Shown: positions 56,581 to 64,000 of the stretch, piece by piece
Position numbering within the stretch: position 1 is the first letter of the stretch
Layout of the letters: each line of letters starts with the position of its first letter
DNA from: Clostridia bacterium
GTDB lineage: Bacteria > Bacillota > Clostridia > Oscillospirales > CAG-272
Length of the DNA stretch: 64,000 bases
NCBI GenBank assembly: GCA_017504605.1
Contig: JAFVQW010000001.1
Span: 58,845-122,844, forward strand
Direction of reading: 5' to 3'
The notes under the pieces: model-generated
Seen by the model: only the letters and a program-made list of their open reading frames with translations
Databases searched by the model: none
What the model was told of the DNA's origin: nothing
Program-made: the position numbers and the translations under genes

Positions 56581-57443
56581 AAAACGACTTTGAGGCCTCA
56601 CTCATCAAGAGCGGCGAGATAATTAAGCGCGGCGCAGGGACCCTGCTCGAAAACCTCGGCAAGATAATCGCGCTCCTGACGGCCATTATTGCCGCTCTCG
56701 TAATATTTACCGAGATAAGCTTCTCGGGCTTCGGCACCGAGCGCGTAACCACGACCCTCTTCGTCATTCTCGGCGCATCCTACATAATCTACTTTTCTCT
56801 TGAGGATGCGGGCGAGCGTGCGGCAAGGTCGTCGGAGAGCTATATAGCTGTGAGCGAGGAGTACCGCTCGCGGCGCGAGAAAATACGCGGCGAGGATATA
56901 GAGGAGCTACGTGCCTTTTGCTCGGAATATACCGAGCGGGAGCTCGAATACAGGCGGCGCGAATTCCTTTTCGCACACGGCCTCGGCCCCGGGGGCTACT
57001 CCGAGTATCTCTCGGGTAAGGACTGTCGGCGCAGCGAGCGGCGCATATATAAGCGGGCGCGGGCCCTGCGCCCCGTGCCCCTGACCCCCGCGGCACTTCT
57101 CTCCGACGAGCGCGGGGGCGGAAGGAGCGAGCTTCGCTCGCCCGAGGGGGATAAGCTCCTGCGCTTCACCCTGCGCCTAATTCCGACCACGCTCTGTATG
57201 ATTTTCACGGTGTCGGTGGCTCTTAATCTGCGCGACGGGCTGACTGCCGAGAGCATTATCGAGGGTGTCCTTAAGCTCTCAACTCTGCCGCTTGCGGCAT
57301 ATAAGGGCTACACGGGCGGCTGGGGCTACGTAAGCGGGCCTCTCTCGGACTGGCAGAGGACCCGTGCCGATATTCTCGATGCATTTCTGGGGAGAAAATG
57401 TAAACAAGAGCTTACACCCGTATTTTTATCCTCCGAAACTTGA
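56577..57443 (+). CDS. membrane protein with two TM pairs and a large basic cytoplasmic loop
   Basis: 288 aa. ATGA overlap behind a GAGGGGG RBS. TM helices LLTAIIAALVIF and TLFVILGASYIIYF, plus later hydrophobic segments. Confidence 0.55.
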   Translation: MKNDFEASLIKSGEIIKRGAGTLLENLGKIIALLTAIIAALVIFTEISFSGFGTERVTTTLFVILGASYIIYFSLEDAGERAARSSESYIAVSEEYRSRREKIRGEDIEELRAFCSEYTERELEYRRREFLFAHGLGPGGYSEYLSGKDCRRSERRIYKRARALRPVPLTPAALLSDERGGGRSELRSPEGDKLLRFTLRLIPTTLCMIFTVSVALNLRDGLTAESIIEGVLKLSTLPLAAYKGYTGGWGYVSGPLSDWQRTRADILDAFLGRKCKQELTPVFLSSET

Positions 57444-57459
57444 TTTTAGTATAAAGCTG

Positions 57460-57468
57460 TGCTATAAT
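57460..57468 (+). promoter_or_regulatory. extended -10 promoter (TGCTATAAT) for the helicase gene
   Basis: TG at 57460-57461 and TATAAT at 57463-57468, within the palindrome TATAATGATTATA. Confidence 0.5.
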
Positions 57469-57512
57469 GATTATAGCTTACAAGGCGTGATTTTTTGAAA
57501 GGAGGGGCGGGT

Positions 57513-59864
57513 ATGAGATACGACGGCCAAAGAGGAAAGATACTTATAGGCTTATCCGAGCTTGTCAGCTGTGCGAGGCGCAGGATTTCTCCCACTCTCC
57601 CCTTCGAGGAGGACGAGCCCGCCGTCAAAGCCGACGCTTACGAGGTCGGCGAGCCTATCGAATACTGCTTCGAGGCGGGCGGCTACGAGTTTTGTCTTAG
57701 CGCCCGCGTCGATGCTCGCGGCTCGGAGCTTTACCTCACCCGCGATATTGACACCTCGCCCTCCCGACCCTCGCGCGCGGCGCTCGCAGAGCTCCGCGGC
57801 GAGGCCTTCGTGCTCGCTAAGGCGTACGCCGAGCTCCACTCGCTCCCCGAGCTGACCCTCATCATCACCCTCGTAAACCGTAAGACGGCGGAGGAGGCCG
57901 AGCGGCGAGAGAGCGTCTCGCGCGCCGCTCTCGATAAATTCTTCGAGCGCTGTCGCGTGTCGGTCGGAATTTACGCACGCCCCGAGGCAGAGCGCGTAAC
58001 GCGCCGCCTTCCCTCTCTTGCACGCCTTAAATTTCCCTACCGTAATATGCGCGACGGACAGGGCGAATTTATCCGCGCCGCATACAGAAATATAGCGAGA
58101 GGCACGACGCTTATCGCGACGGCCCCCACGGGCACGGGTAAGACGGTCTCGGCCCTCTTCCCCGCTCTTCGCGCGCTCGGCGACGGGCATATTGACAAGG
58201 TGTTCTATCTGACCCCGAAGACCACGACCGCCGAGGCGGCGAGGGAGTGCCTGACGACTATAGGCGAGGGAGCCGAGCTGCGCGCCGTTATGCTCCGTGC
58301 GAAGGAGCGCACCTGCCGCCGCGGGCTCCTCTGCCGCGATACGAGAGATGCCTGCGAGAATTCCAAATGCAACAAGCTCGCCGAGGCGGTAATCGAGCTT
58401 TACGATATGCAAAAAACGGTAATTGACGGTATCGATATAGCGCTCGTGGCCGAGCGCTATAGGACCTGCCCCTACGAGCTCTCGCTCGCATACTCCGAGA
58501 TTGCCGACGTTGTTATCTGCGACGTCAACTATCTTTTCGACCCCGTGGTATATCTGCGCCGCTTCTTCACCGAGGGGGGCAGGTACGCCTTCCTCGTCGA
58601 CGAGGCGCACAATCTGCCCGAGCGGGCGCGTGAAATTTATTCGGCGGAAATCTCCACCTCGGAGATTATCTCGCTCGCGGAAAATCCGCTCATAACCGAG
58701 CACTCGCCGCTTATTATGCGGCTTTATAAGAGCGCCGAGGCTATCGACCGCATAATATCGCCGCATCTTTCGGACGGTATGCGCACCTCCCCCGAGGGGA
58801 GAAGAAGCTCCTTCGCACATCTTTCGGAGCCGCCCCCCGAGCTATACGAAATATTCTCCTCGCTCACCGAGGCGCTCGATGCCGAGCTTCTCTCTATCCT
58901 GATTTCCCCCGACGCAGAAAAGTACGCGAGGGCGCGTGCCGTGCGCGAGCTTTTATACAAGGTCAAGCGCTTCGAGGCTACGCTTTTAGCCTTCGACGAT
59001 GCCTACAAGATGTTCCTCTACTTCGACGAGGGAGATATAAAGATAAAGCTGCTCTGCATCGATACGGGAAAGGAAATTGCGCGGCGCGTTGAGCTCGGGC
59101 ACGGAGCGGTTTTCTTCTCCGCCACCCTCTCCCCCGCCGACTATTATAAATCGACACTCGGTGCCGACAGCTCGGCCGAGCTTCTCGTCCTGCCCTCCCC
59201 CTTTGCCCCCGAGCAGCTCTCGGTGGCGATAATGGACAAGATAAGCACCCGCTATTCCGAGCGCGAAAGAACGCTCGGCGCGGTCTCGCGCGTGATTGCC
59301 GCCACCCTGTCGGCGAAGCGCGGAAATTATATGGTATTCTGCCCCTCCTTCGAATACGCAGAGGCGCTCGCCGCCGACTTCTCGCGTAAATACCCGAAGC
59401 TTGGCGTGCTCCTTCAGCGGCGCGGAATGAGCGGTAAGGAAAGAGAGGACTTCCTCGATGCCTTTCGCAGCCACTCGCCGCAGTATCTTATCGGCTTTTG
59501 CGTTATGGGCGGTATATATTCCGAGGGCGTGGACCTCGTCGGCGACAGCCTGATAGGCGCCATAGTAGTCGGAATAGGCATGCCCGCACTCTCGAACGAG
59601 CGCGAGGCAATCTCTGAGTATTACAACGAAAGATATGACGAGGGCAGGCTCTTCGCCTACGTATACCCCGGAATGAACCGCGTGCTCCAGGCGGCGGGCC
59701 GAGTGATACGCCGCGAGGACGACAGAGGCGTTATCGTGCTCATCGACGACCGCTTCGACGACCCCGTGTATAAAAAAATCATTCCCGACCTTTGGCGTGG
59801 AATGAACTTCGTTGATGATGCGAAGGACCTCAAGCTTATACTTGAGGATTTCTGGCGGCAATAA
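57513..59864 (+). CDS. XPD/Rad3/DinG-family Fe-S helicase with an N-terminal ~170-aa extra domain
   Basis: Start at ATG 57513 behind AAAGGAGGGG. Walker A APTGTGKT, DEAH box (VDEAHNL) and a four-Cys cluster (TCRRGLLCRD...CENSKC...TCPYE). The N-terminal domain is reminiscent of PD-(D/E)XK modules but its motifs are unclear. Confidence 0.82.
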   Translation: MRYDGQRGKILIGLSELVSCARRRISPTLPFEEDEPAVKADAYEVGEPIEYCFEAGGYEFCLSARVDARGSELYLTRDIDTSPSRPSRAALAELRGEAFVLAKAYAELHSLPELTLIITLVNRKTAEEAERRESVSRAALDKFFERCRVSVGIYARPEAERVTRRLPSLARLKFPYRNMRDGQGEFIRAAYRNIARGTTLIATAPTGTGKTVSALFPALRALGDGHIDKVFYLTPKTTTAEAARECLTTIGEGAELRAVMLRAKERTCRRGLLCRDTRDACENSKCNKLAEAVIELYDMQKTVIDGIDIALVAERYRTCPYELSLAYSEIADVVICDVNYLFDPVVYLRRFFTEGGRYAFLVDEAHNLPERAREIYSAEISTSEIISLAENPLITEHSPLIMRLYKSAEAIDRIISPHLSDGMRTSPEGRRSSFAHLSEPPPELYEIFSSLTEALDAELLSILISPDAEKYARARAVRELLYKVKRFEATLLAFDDAYKMFLYFDEGDIKIKLLCIDTGKEIARRVELGHGAVFFSATLSPADYYKSTLGADSSAELLVLPSPFAPEQLSVAIMDKISTRYSERERTLGAVSRVIAATLSAKRGNYMVFCPSFEYAEALAADFSRKYPKLGVLLQRRGMSGKEREDFLDAFRSHSPQYLIGFCVMGGIYSEGVDLVGDSLIGAIVVGIGMPALSNEREAISEYYNERYDEGRLFAYVYPGMNRVLQAAGRVIRREDDRGVIVLIDDRFDDPVYKKIIPDLWRGMNFVDDAKDLKLILEDFWRQ

Positions 59865-59875
59865 AATTAAGAAAA

Positions 59876-59904
59876 GGAAGAGACTTTAAGGCCTCTTCCT
59901 TTTT
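59876..59904. terminator. bidirectional intrinsic terminator between the helicase gene and mtnN
   Basis: Stem GGAAGAG (59876-59882) pairs with CTCTTCC (59893-59899), with an A-run upstream and TTTTTGTTTT downstream. Confidence 0.75.
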
Positions 59905-59920
59905 GTTTTAAGTTATACCG

Positions 59921-60622
59921 TTAATATTTTTCAATTAAAGCAAGCGTCAGGGCAAGCGACGAGCGCACCGCGAGCGGCAAAAAGCTCTGGTAGTCCATCG
60001 AGGCCTCGCCGTCGGCGCTGTCGGATATTGCGCGTATCACGGCGAAGGGCGTGTCGTTTACGTAGGCCACCTGCGCTATGGCCGCGCCCTCCATTTCGCA
60101 CGCCGAGGCCGAGAAATCGGAGAGGATACGCCGCTTCTCCTTTGCCGAGGCAACGAAGCGGTCACCCGAGGCAATCCTGCCCGAGATAGCGTGTATCCCC
60201 TGCTCCGCGGCAGCCGCCTCAAGTATTTTCACCGCGCGCGCATCGGTATCGAAATAAATCTTATTTATTCCCGACACGAGCCCCTTCGGGTCGCCGAGGG
60301 GTGAGGTGTCCATATCGTGCTGAACGAGGCTCGTGGCAATTACCACGTCCCCCGTGTTAAGACACTTATCGAGCGCTCCACCGACACCCGTGTTAACTAT
60401 AAGAGAGGGAGCGTAGCCTATTATCATAGCCTCGGCGGCGAGGGCGGCGAAAACCTTACCCACACCCGAGCGGCATACGACAACCCTCTTTCCAAAGAGC
60501 CCTCCCGTATGAAGCTCGACGCTGCCGAGCCTCTCGCACCCGTGCTCCGAGAGCATCGAGATAAGGCCCGCGACCTCGTCCTCAAGTGCGCCTATTATTC
60601 CTATGTCAGCTCTGTTTTCCAT
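59921..60622 (-). CDS. mtnN: 5'-methylthioadenosine/S-adenosylhomocysteine nucleosidase
   Basis: Start trimmed to ATG 60622 (MENRADIGIIGALEDEV...); the track ORF extension overlaps luxS. Motifs GVGKV, CEMEGAAIAQV and RAISD. Confidence 0.88.
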   Translation of the reverse strand: MENRADIGIIGALEDEVAGLISMLSEHGCERLGSVELHTGGLFGKRVVVCRSGVGKVFAALAAEAMIIGYAPSLIVNTGVGGALDKCLNTGDVVIATSLVQHDMDTSPLGDPKGLVSGINKIYFDTDARAVKILEAAAAEQGIHAISGRIASGDRFVASAKEKRRILSDFSASACEMEGAAIAQVAYVNDTPFAVIRAISDSADGEASMDYQSFLPLAVRSSLALTLALIEKY

Positions 60623-60623
60623 A

Positions 60624-61100
60624 CTACACCTCGTACTTAAAGTCGTTTTCCCGAGAGCGAAGCACCGATAAATAGCGGCGGCACTCCTCCTTAGCCGAAG
60701 AAAGCGATAGGTTTTTATAATTGCCGCACTCGCGCCGCAAAGCACCCGGCATATCGCCCGTGTGGGCAATTATTTTCTCAAGCGTATCGATAACCGTCGC
60801 GAGAACCTCCTCATTCTTCGCATCCCTGACGAGGAGATAGAAGCCCGTCTGACAGCCCATAGGCCCGAAATAAATCACACGCTCCCCAATGTCCGAGCTC
60901 CTGACGTAGGTCGCAAAGAGATGCTCAACCGAGTGCATAGTGAGATTATCCATATAATCCCCCGCGTTGGGCACGCGGGTGCGCAGGTCGTAGGTGGTAA
61001 CGTCGCCGTCGATACGCGACAGGTATATTCCCTCGCTGATTTTGTCGTGGTCTACCGTAAACGAGGCGATTTTTTGCACTTGTCCCATTTTTATCTCCAT
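60624..61100 (-). CDS. luxS: S-ribosylhomocysteine lyase
   Basis: 158 aa. Metal motif HSVEHL and GPMGCQTGFY. Confidence 0.92.
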   Translation of the reverse strand: MEIKMGQVQKIASFTVDHDKISEGIYLSRIDGDVTTYDLRTRVPNAGDYMDNLTMHSVEHLFATYVRSSDIGERVIYFGPMGCQTGFYLLVRDAKNEEVLATVIDTLEKIIAHTGDMPGALRRECGNYKNLSLSSAKEECRRYLSVLRSRENDFKYEV

Positions 61101-61145
61101 ATTTTAGGAGCGAGAGCACGACGTGCGCTCTCGCTCGCTTTAAAT

Positions 61146-62537
61146 TCAGAATGCGATTTTTTCTCTGATGTAGGCCTTTACCTCGGTAAGAGGAATTCTG
61201 ACCTGCTCCATAGTGTCTCTGTCACGAACGGTTACGCAGCCGTCGTTCTCGGTATCGAAGTCGTAGGTGATGCAGAAGGGTGTACCAATCTCGTCCTCAC
61301 GGCGGTATCTCTTACCGATAGAGCCGGTCTCGTCGAAGTCAACCGCAAACTCCTTCGCCAAGTCGTCGTAGAGCTCGAGCGCCGCCTCGGAGAGCTTCTT
61401 CGAGAGCGGGAGCACCGCGCACTTAACGGGTGCGAGAGCGGGGTGAAGATGAAGAACGACACGCACGTCGCCGCCCTCAAGCTCCTCCTCATCGTATGCA
61501 TCAACAAGGAAGGCCAGAGCAACTCTGTCGGCTCCGAGCGAGGGCTCGATAACGTAAGGAATATAATGCTCGCCGCTCTCCTGGTCGAAGTAGGTCATAT
61601 CCTTGCCCGAGTGGGTCTGGTGCTGACCGAGGTCGTAATCGGTTCTGTCGGCAACGCCCCAAAGCTCGCCCCAGCCGAACGGGAAGAAAAACTCGAAGTC
61701 GGTCGTAGCCTTGGAATAGAAGCAAAGCTCCTCGGGGTCGTGGTCGCGAAGGCGAAGGTTCTCCTCGCGCATACCGAGGTCAAGAAGCCACTTGTGGCAG
61801 TAGTTCTTCCAATATGCAAACCACTCGAGGTCTGTGCCGGGCTTGCAGAAGAACTCAAGCTCCATCTGCTCGAACTCGCGGGTACGGAATACGAAGTTAC
61901 CGGGGGTAATCTCGTTTCTGAAGGACTTACCTATCTGCGCAACGCCAAAGGGGAGCTTACGTCTCGCCGCACGCTGAACCGAGGGGAAGTTTACGAAGAT
62001 GCCCTGTGCCGTCTCGGGACGGAGATATACCGTATTGGTATTGTCCTCGGTAACGCCGATGAAGGTCTTGAACATAAGGTTGAATTTCTTTATATCGGTA
62101 AAGTCTTTTCCGCCGCAGTCGGGGCAGACAATTCCCTTTTTCTTTATAAAGTCGGCCATCTCGGAGAAGGACCAGCCCGCGGGATTGTCGTCGGTGCCGT
62201 TTTGGAAGGCGTATTCCTCTATAAGCTTATCGGCTCTGTGGCGCGCCTTACAGCCCTTACAGTCCATAAGGGGGTCGGAGAATCCGCCCACGTGTCCCGA
62301 GGCAACCCAAGCCTCAGGGTTCATTATAATAGCCGAATCAAGTCCGACGTTGTAGCGCGACTCCTGCACGAATTTCTTCCACCACGCGCGCTTTACGTTA
62401 TTCTTGAACTCTACGCCGAGGGGGCCGTAGTCCCAAGAGTTAGAAAGTCCGCCGTAGATTTCCGAGCCGGGAAAGATAAATCCGCGGTTCTTGCAAAGAG
62501 CGACGATTTTGTCCATTGTTTTGCGGTTGTTTTCCAT
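61146..62537 (-). CDS. glyQS: glycine--tRNA ligase (dimeric GlyQS type)
   Basis: ATG 62537 is preferred because GGAG lies 8 nt upstream. Motifs [20 protein letters not shown] and GADR. Confidence 0.93.
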   Translation of the reverse strand: MENNRKTMDKIVALCKNRGFIFPGSEIYGGLSNSWDYGPLGVEFKNNVKRAWWKKFVQESRYNVGLDSAIIMNPEAWVASGHVGGFSDPLMDCKGCKARHRADKLIEEYAFQNGTDDNPAGWSFSEMADFIKKKGIVCPDCGGKDFTDIKKFNLMFKTFIGVTEDNTNTVYLRPETAQGIFVNFPSVQRAARRKLPFGVAQIGKSFRNEITPGNFVFRTREFEQMELEFFCKPGTDLEWFAYWKNYCHKWLLDLGMREENLRLRDHDPEELCFYSKATTDFEFFFPFGWGELWGVADRTDYDLGQHQTHSGKDMTYFDQESGEHYIPYVIEPSLGADRVALAFLVDAYDEEELEGGDVRVVLHLHPALAPVKCAVLPLSKKLSEAALELYDDLAKEFAVDFDETGSIGKRYRREDEIGTPFCITYDFDTENDGCVTVRDRDTMEQVRIPLTEVKAYIREKIAF

Positions 62538-62564
62538 TTTGCACTCCATATTGTAAATAATTAT

Positions 62565-63887
62565 TTATATTTTCTCAGTGAATTTAGCGGTAATTATGCC
62601 GTCCTTATGCGACACGGGTAGCGCGAAGAACATATCCCCGACCGAAATCGGCGGCACCTCGGCCCGCACCTCGCAGAACTCGTCGGAGTGAGCGAGGGCA
62701 ACCCCGCCCAAAACCCGCTCGGCGATACATCGCAGGGGCTCGCCACGCGCAACTATATCCGAAAGAACGCCGTCGCGCACCGAGGCTACAAGCGAGATAA
62801 GCTCGCGGCTCCTCTCGTGCTTCTCGGCCTCGTCCACCTGACCCTCGTAATATGCCGCGGGCGTGCCCTCTCGGCGCGAGTAGGCGAAGACGTGTGCATC
62901 AAGAAAGCGAACGCGACGCACGAAGTCGCAGGTCACGGCAAACTCCTCGCGGGTCTCACCGGGGAAGCCGACCATAAGGTCTGCCGTGAACTGTGAGCTT
63001 GGCATATATTCCTTTATACGAAGGATATTCTCGTACGCCCTCTCGGCGGTATATCTGCGCTTCATTCGGCGAAGCACCGCCGTCGAGCCGCTCTGGAGCG
63101 ATAGGTGAAAGTGCGGCACGAGAATTTTCGTCCCCGCCACCTTCTCTATAAACTCCCGCCCGACGAGCTCGGGAGCGAGCGAGCCGAGCCTAAGGCGCTC
63201 GCACGAGCCCCTCTTATCAAGCTCGAGCACGAGGTCGGCAAGAGTATATTTTTCTTCGAAATCTGCTCCGTAGGAGCCGGTTTCTATTCCCGTTAAAACT
63301 ATCTCGCGAGTACCGCGGCGGTATAGGCTCTCAACCTCGCGTATTACCTCGTCCCTCGGCTTCGAGCGTACGGGGCCGCGCGCGGCGGATATGGCGCAAT
63401 AGGTGCACTTAGCCTCACAGCCGTCCTCTATCTTAACGTAGGCGCGCGTTCTCGGCGCGCTCTCTATATGCATAGGCTCAAAGGGGGTGCCCGAGAGGTC
63501 GGAGACCGAAATCTCGGTCCGCCCGCGAGCGGCGGAAAGAACCCTGTCAACCACCGACAGCTTGTCCGCCGTGCCGAGAATTATATCAACGCCCTCTATC
63601 TGTGCGACCTCGCTCGGCGCGCGCTGAGTGTAGCAGCCGACGACGGCTACGACGGCGGCGGGGTTCTTTGAAATCGCCCGCCTTATTATCTGCCGCGACT
63701 TGCGGTCGCTCTCGGCGGTAACCGTGCAGGTATTTATAACGTAGGCGTCGCATACCTCGGAAAACGGGCGCACCTTGACACCGCGGCGGGAAAACTCCTC
63801 GCCGATAGCCGAGCTCTCGTACTGGGACACCTTACAGCCGAGGGTGTAGATGCCAACCGACCTTACTCCCACTCTTGCGCCTCCCAT
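62565..63887 (-). CDS. mtaB: radical-SAM methylthiotransferase, MtaB-like
   Basis: 440-aa ORF. N-terminal Cys triad region (YTLGCKVSQYES...NTCTVT), radical-SAM CEAKCTYC and a TRAM-like C-terminus. The exact start is uncertain. Confidence 0.85.
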   Translation of the reverse strand: MGGARVGVRSVGIYTLGCKVSQYESSAIGEEFSRRGVKVRPFSEVCDAYVINTCTVTAESDRKSRQIIRRAISKNPAAVVAVVGCYTQRAPSEVAQIEGVDIILGTADKLSVVDRVLSAARGRTEISVSDLSGTPFEPMHIESAPRTRAYVKIEDGCEAKCTYCAISAARGPVRSKPRDEVIREVESLYRRGTREIVLTGIETGSYGADFEEKYTLADLVLELDKRGSCERLRLGSLAPELVGREFIEKVAGTKILVPHFHLSLQSGSTAVLRRMKRRYTAERAYENILRIKEYMPSSQFTADLMVGFPGETREEFAVTCDFVRRVRFLDAHVFAYSRREGTPAAYYEGQVDEAEKHERSRELISLVASVRDGVLSDIVARGEPLRCIAERVLGGVALAHSDEFCEVRAEVPPISVGDMFFALPVSHKDGIITAKFTEKI

Positions 63888-63903
63888 TCTTTACTATCTA
63901 TAT

Positions 63904-63932
63904 ATTTTAACAGAAATACACCCTCTTGTCAA
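63904..63932 (-). promoter_or_regulatory. consensus sigma-70 promoter for mtaB-glyQS
   Basis: Reverse strand: TTGACA (63932-63927), a 17-nt spacer, then TAAAAT (63909-63904). Confidence 0.6.
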
Positions 63933-64000
63933 GGGCTCGCGCGCGATTATATCGCGCGTAAGCGGCGGCTCGGCACATTTTGCTTTGCAGACCCTTTATT

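Larger units (their letters stand above)
42945..57443 (+). mobile_element. phage-derived structural gene cluster: 19 co-directional ORFs covering packaging, head, short-tail and fibre functions only (GTA-like locus or reduced prophage)
   Basis: Contains terminase, portal and capsid signatures and runs as a continuous, translationally coupled gene train. No integrase, repressor, replication or lysin genes, no att repeats and no tRNA are visible. Housekeeping genes flank both sides. Confidence 0.75.

Noticed and set aside
42741-57512. att-type direct repeats bounding the phage-like cluster.
   Set aside because: By eye, the two junction regions share only short promoter-like strings (GCT(C)TATAAT, CTTACAA), in different order. 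No repeat of 12 bp or more and no tRNA or tmRNA target was found. A computed repeat search would be needed to confirm this.

Overview
The window is a GC-rich, gene-dense chromosomal segment, most likely from a Bacillota (Clostridia-like) bacterium. This is inferred from gene content: a T-box leader on valS, mrnC, the ylmE-sepF-yggT-lspA-rluD block, and pcrA. All calls come from reading the supplied translations and the DNA by eye; no searches or computations were run.

Most of the window is ordinary housekeeping:
- Translation and RNA modification: valS, thiI, queA, trmK, prfB, hisS, glyQS, mtaB, rluD, an rsmF-like gene and an rlmA-like gene.
- Metabolism: dapA, ansA, mtnN and luxS.
- Transport: an MFS transporter, a three-gene amino-acid ABC importer and an ABC-F ATPase.
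- DNA metabolism: pcrA, ruvX and an XPD/DinG-like helicase.

Three regions stand out:
1. 42.9-57.4 kb holds 19 co-directional, tightly coupled ORFs. They encode small and large terminase, portal, a scaffold-like protein, major capsid, an adaptor-like protein, an 892-aa tail-like protein with an embedded BspA-type leucine-rich-repeat block, a fibre module with a HylP/Mtd-type N-terminal motif, and three terminal membrane proteins. There is no recognisable integrase, repressor, replication gene, tape measure, tube or sheath, prohead protease or endolysin, and no att repeats. Core genes lie on both sides. I read this as a domesticated, short-tailed, structural-only particle locus (GTA-like candidate) or else a heavily reduced prophage.
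2. 20.3-25.8 kb is an MBOAT O-acyltransferase operon. A small membrane protein is translationally coupled to the MBOAT, and two paralogous DltD/SGNH-like proteins each carry the same LRR type.
3. 29.48-30.04 kb is a ~560-bp AT-rich non-coding tract upstream of pcrA. It contains a repeated 15-mer, AAGTTTTC(C/A)ACATTT, with a DnaA-box-like core.

Many long ORFs in the supplied track are antisense shadows of real genes, and several others carry spurious N-terminal extensions. I trimmed these where neighbouring genes and ribosome-binding sites indicate the true start.
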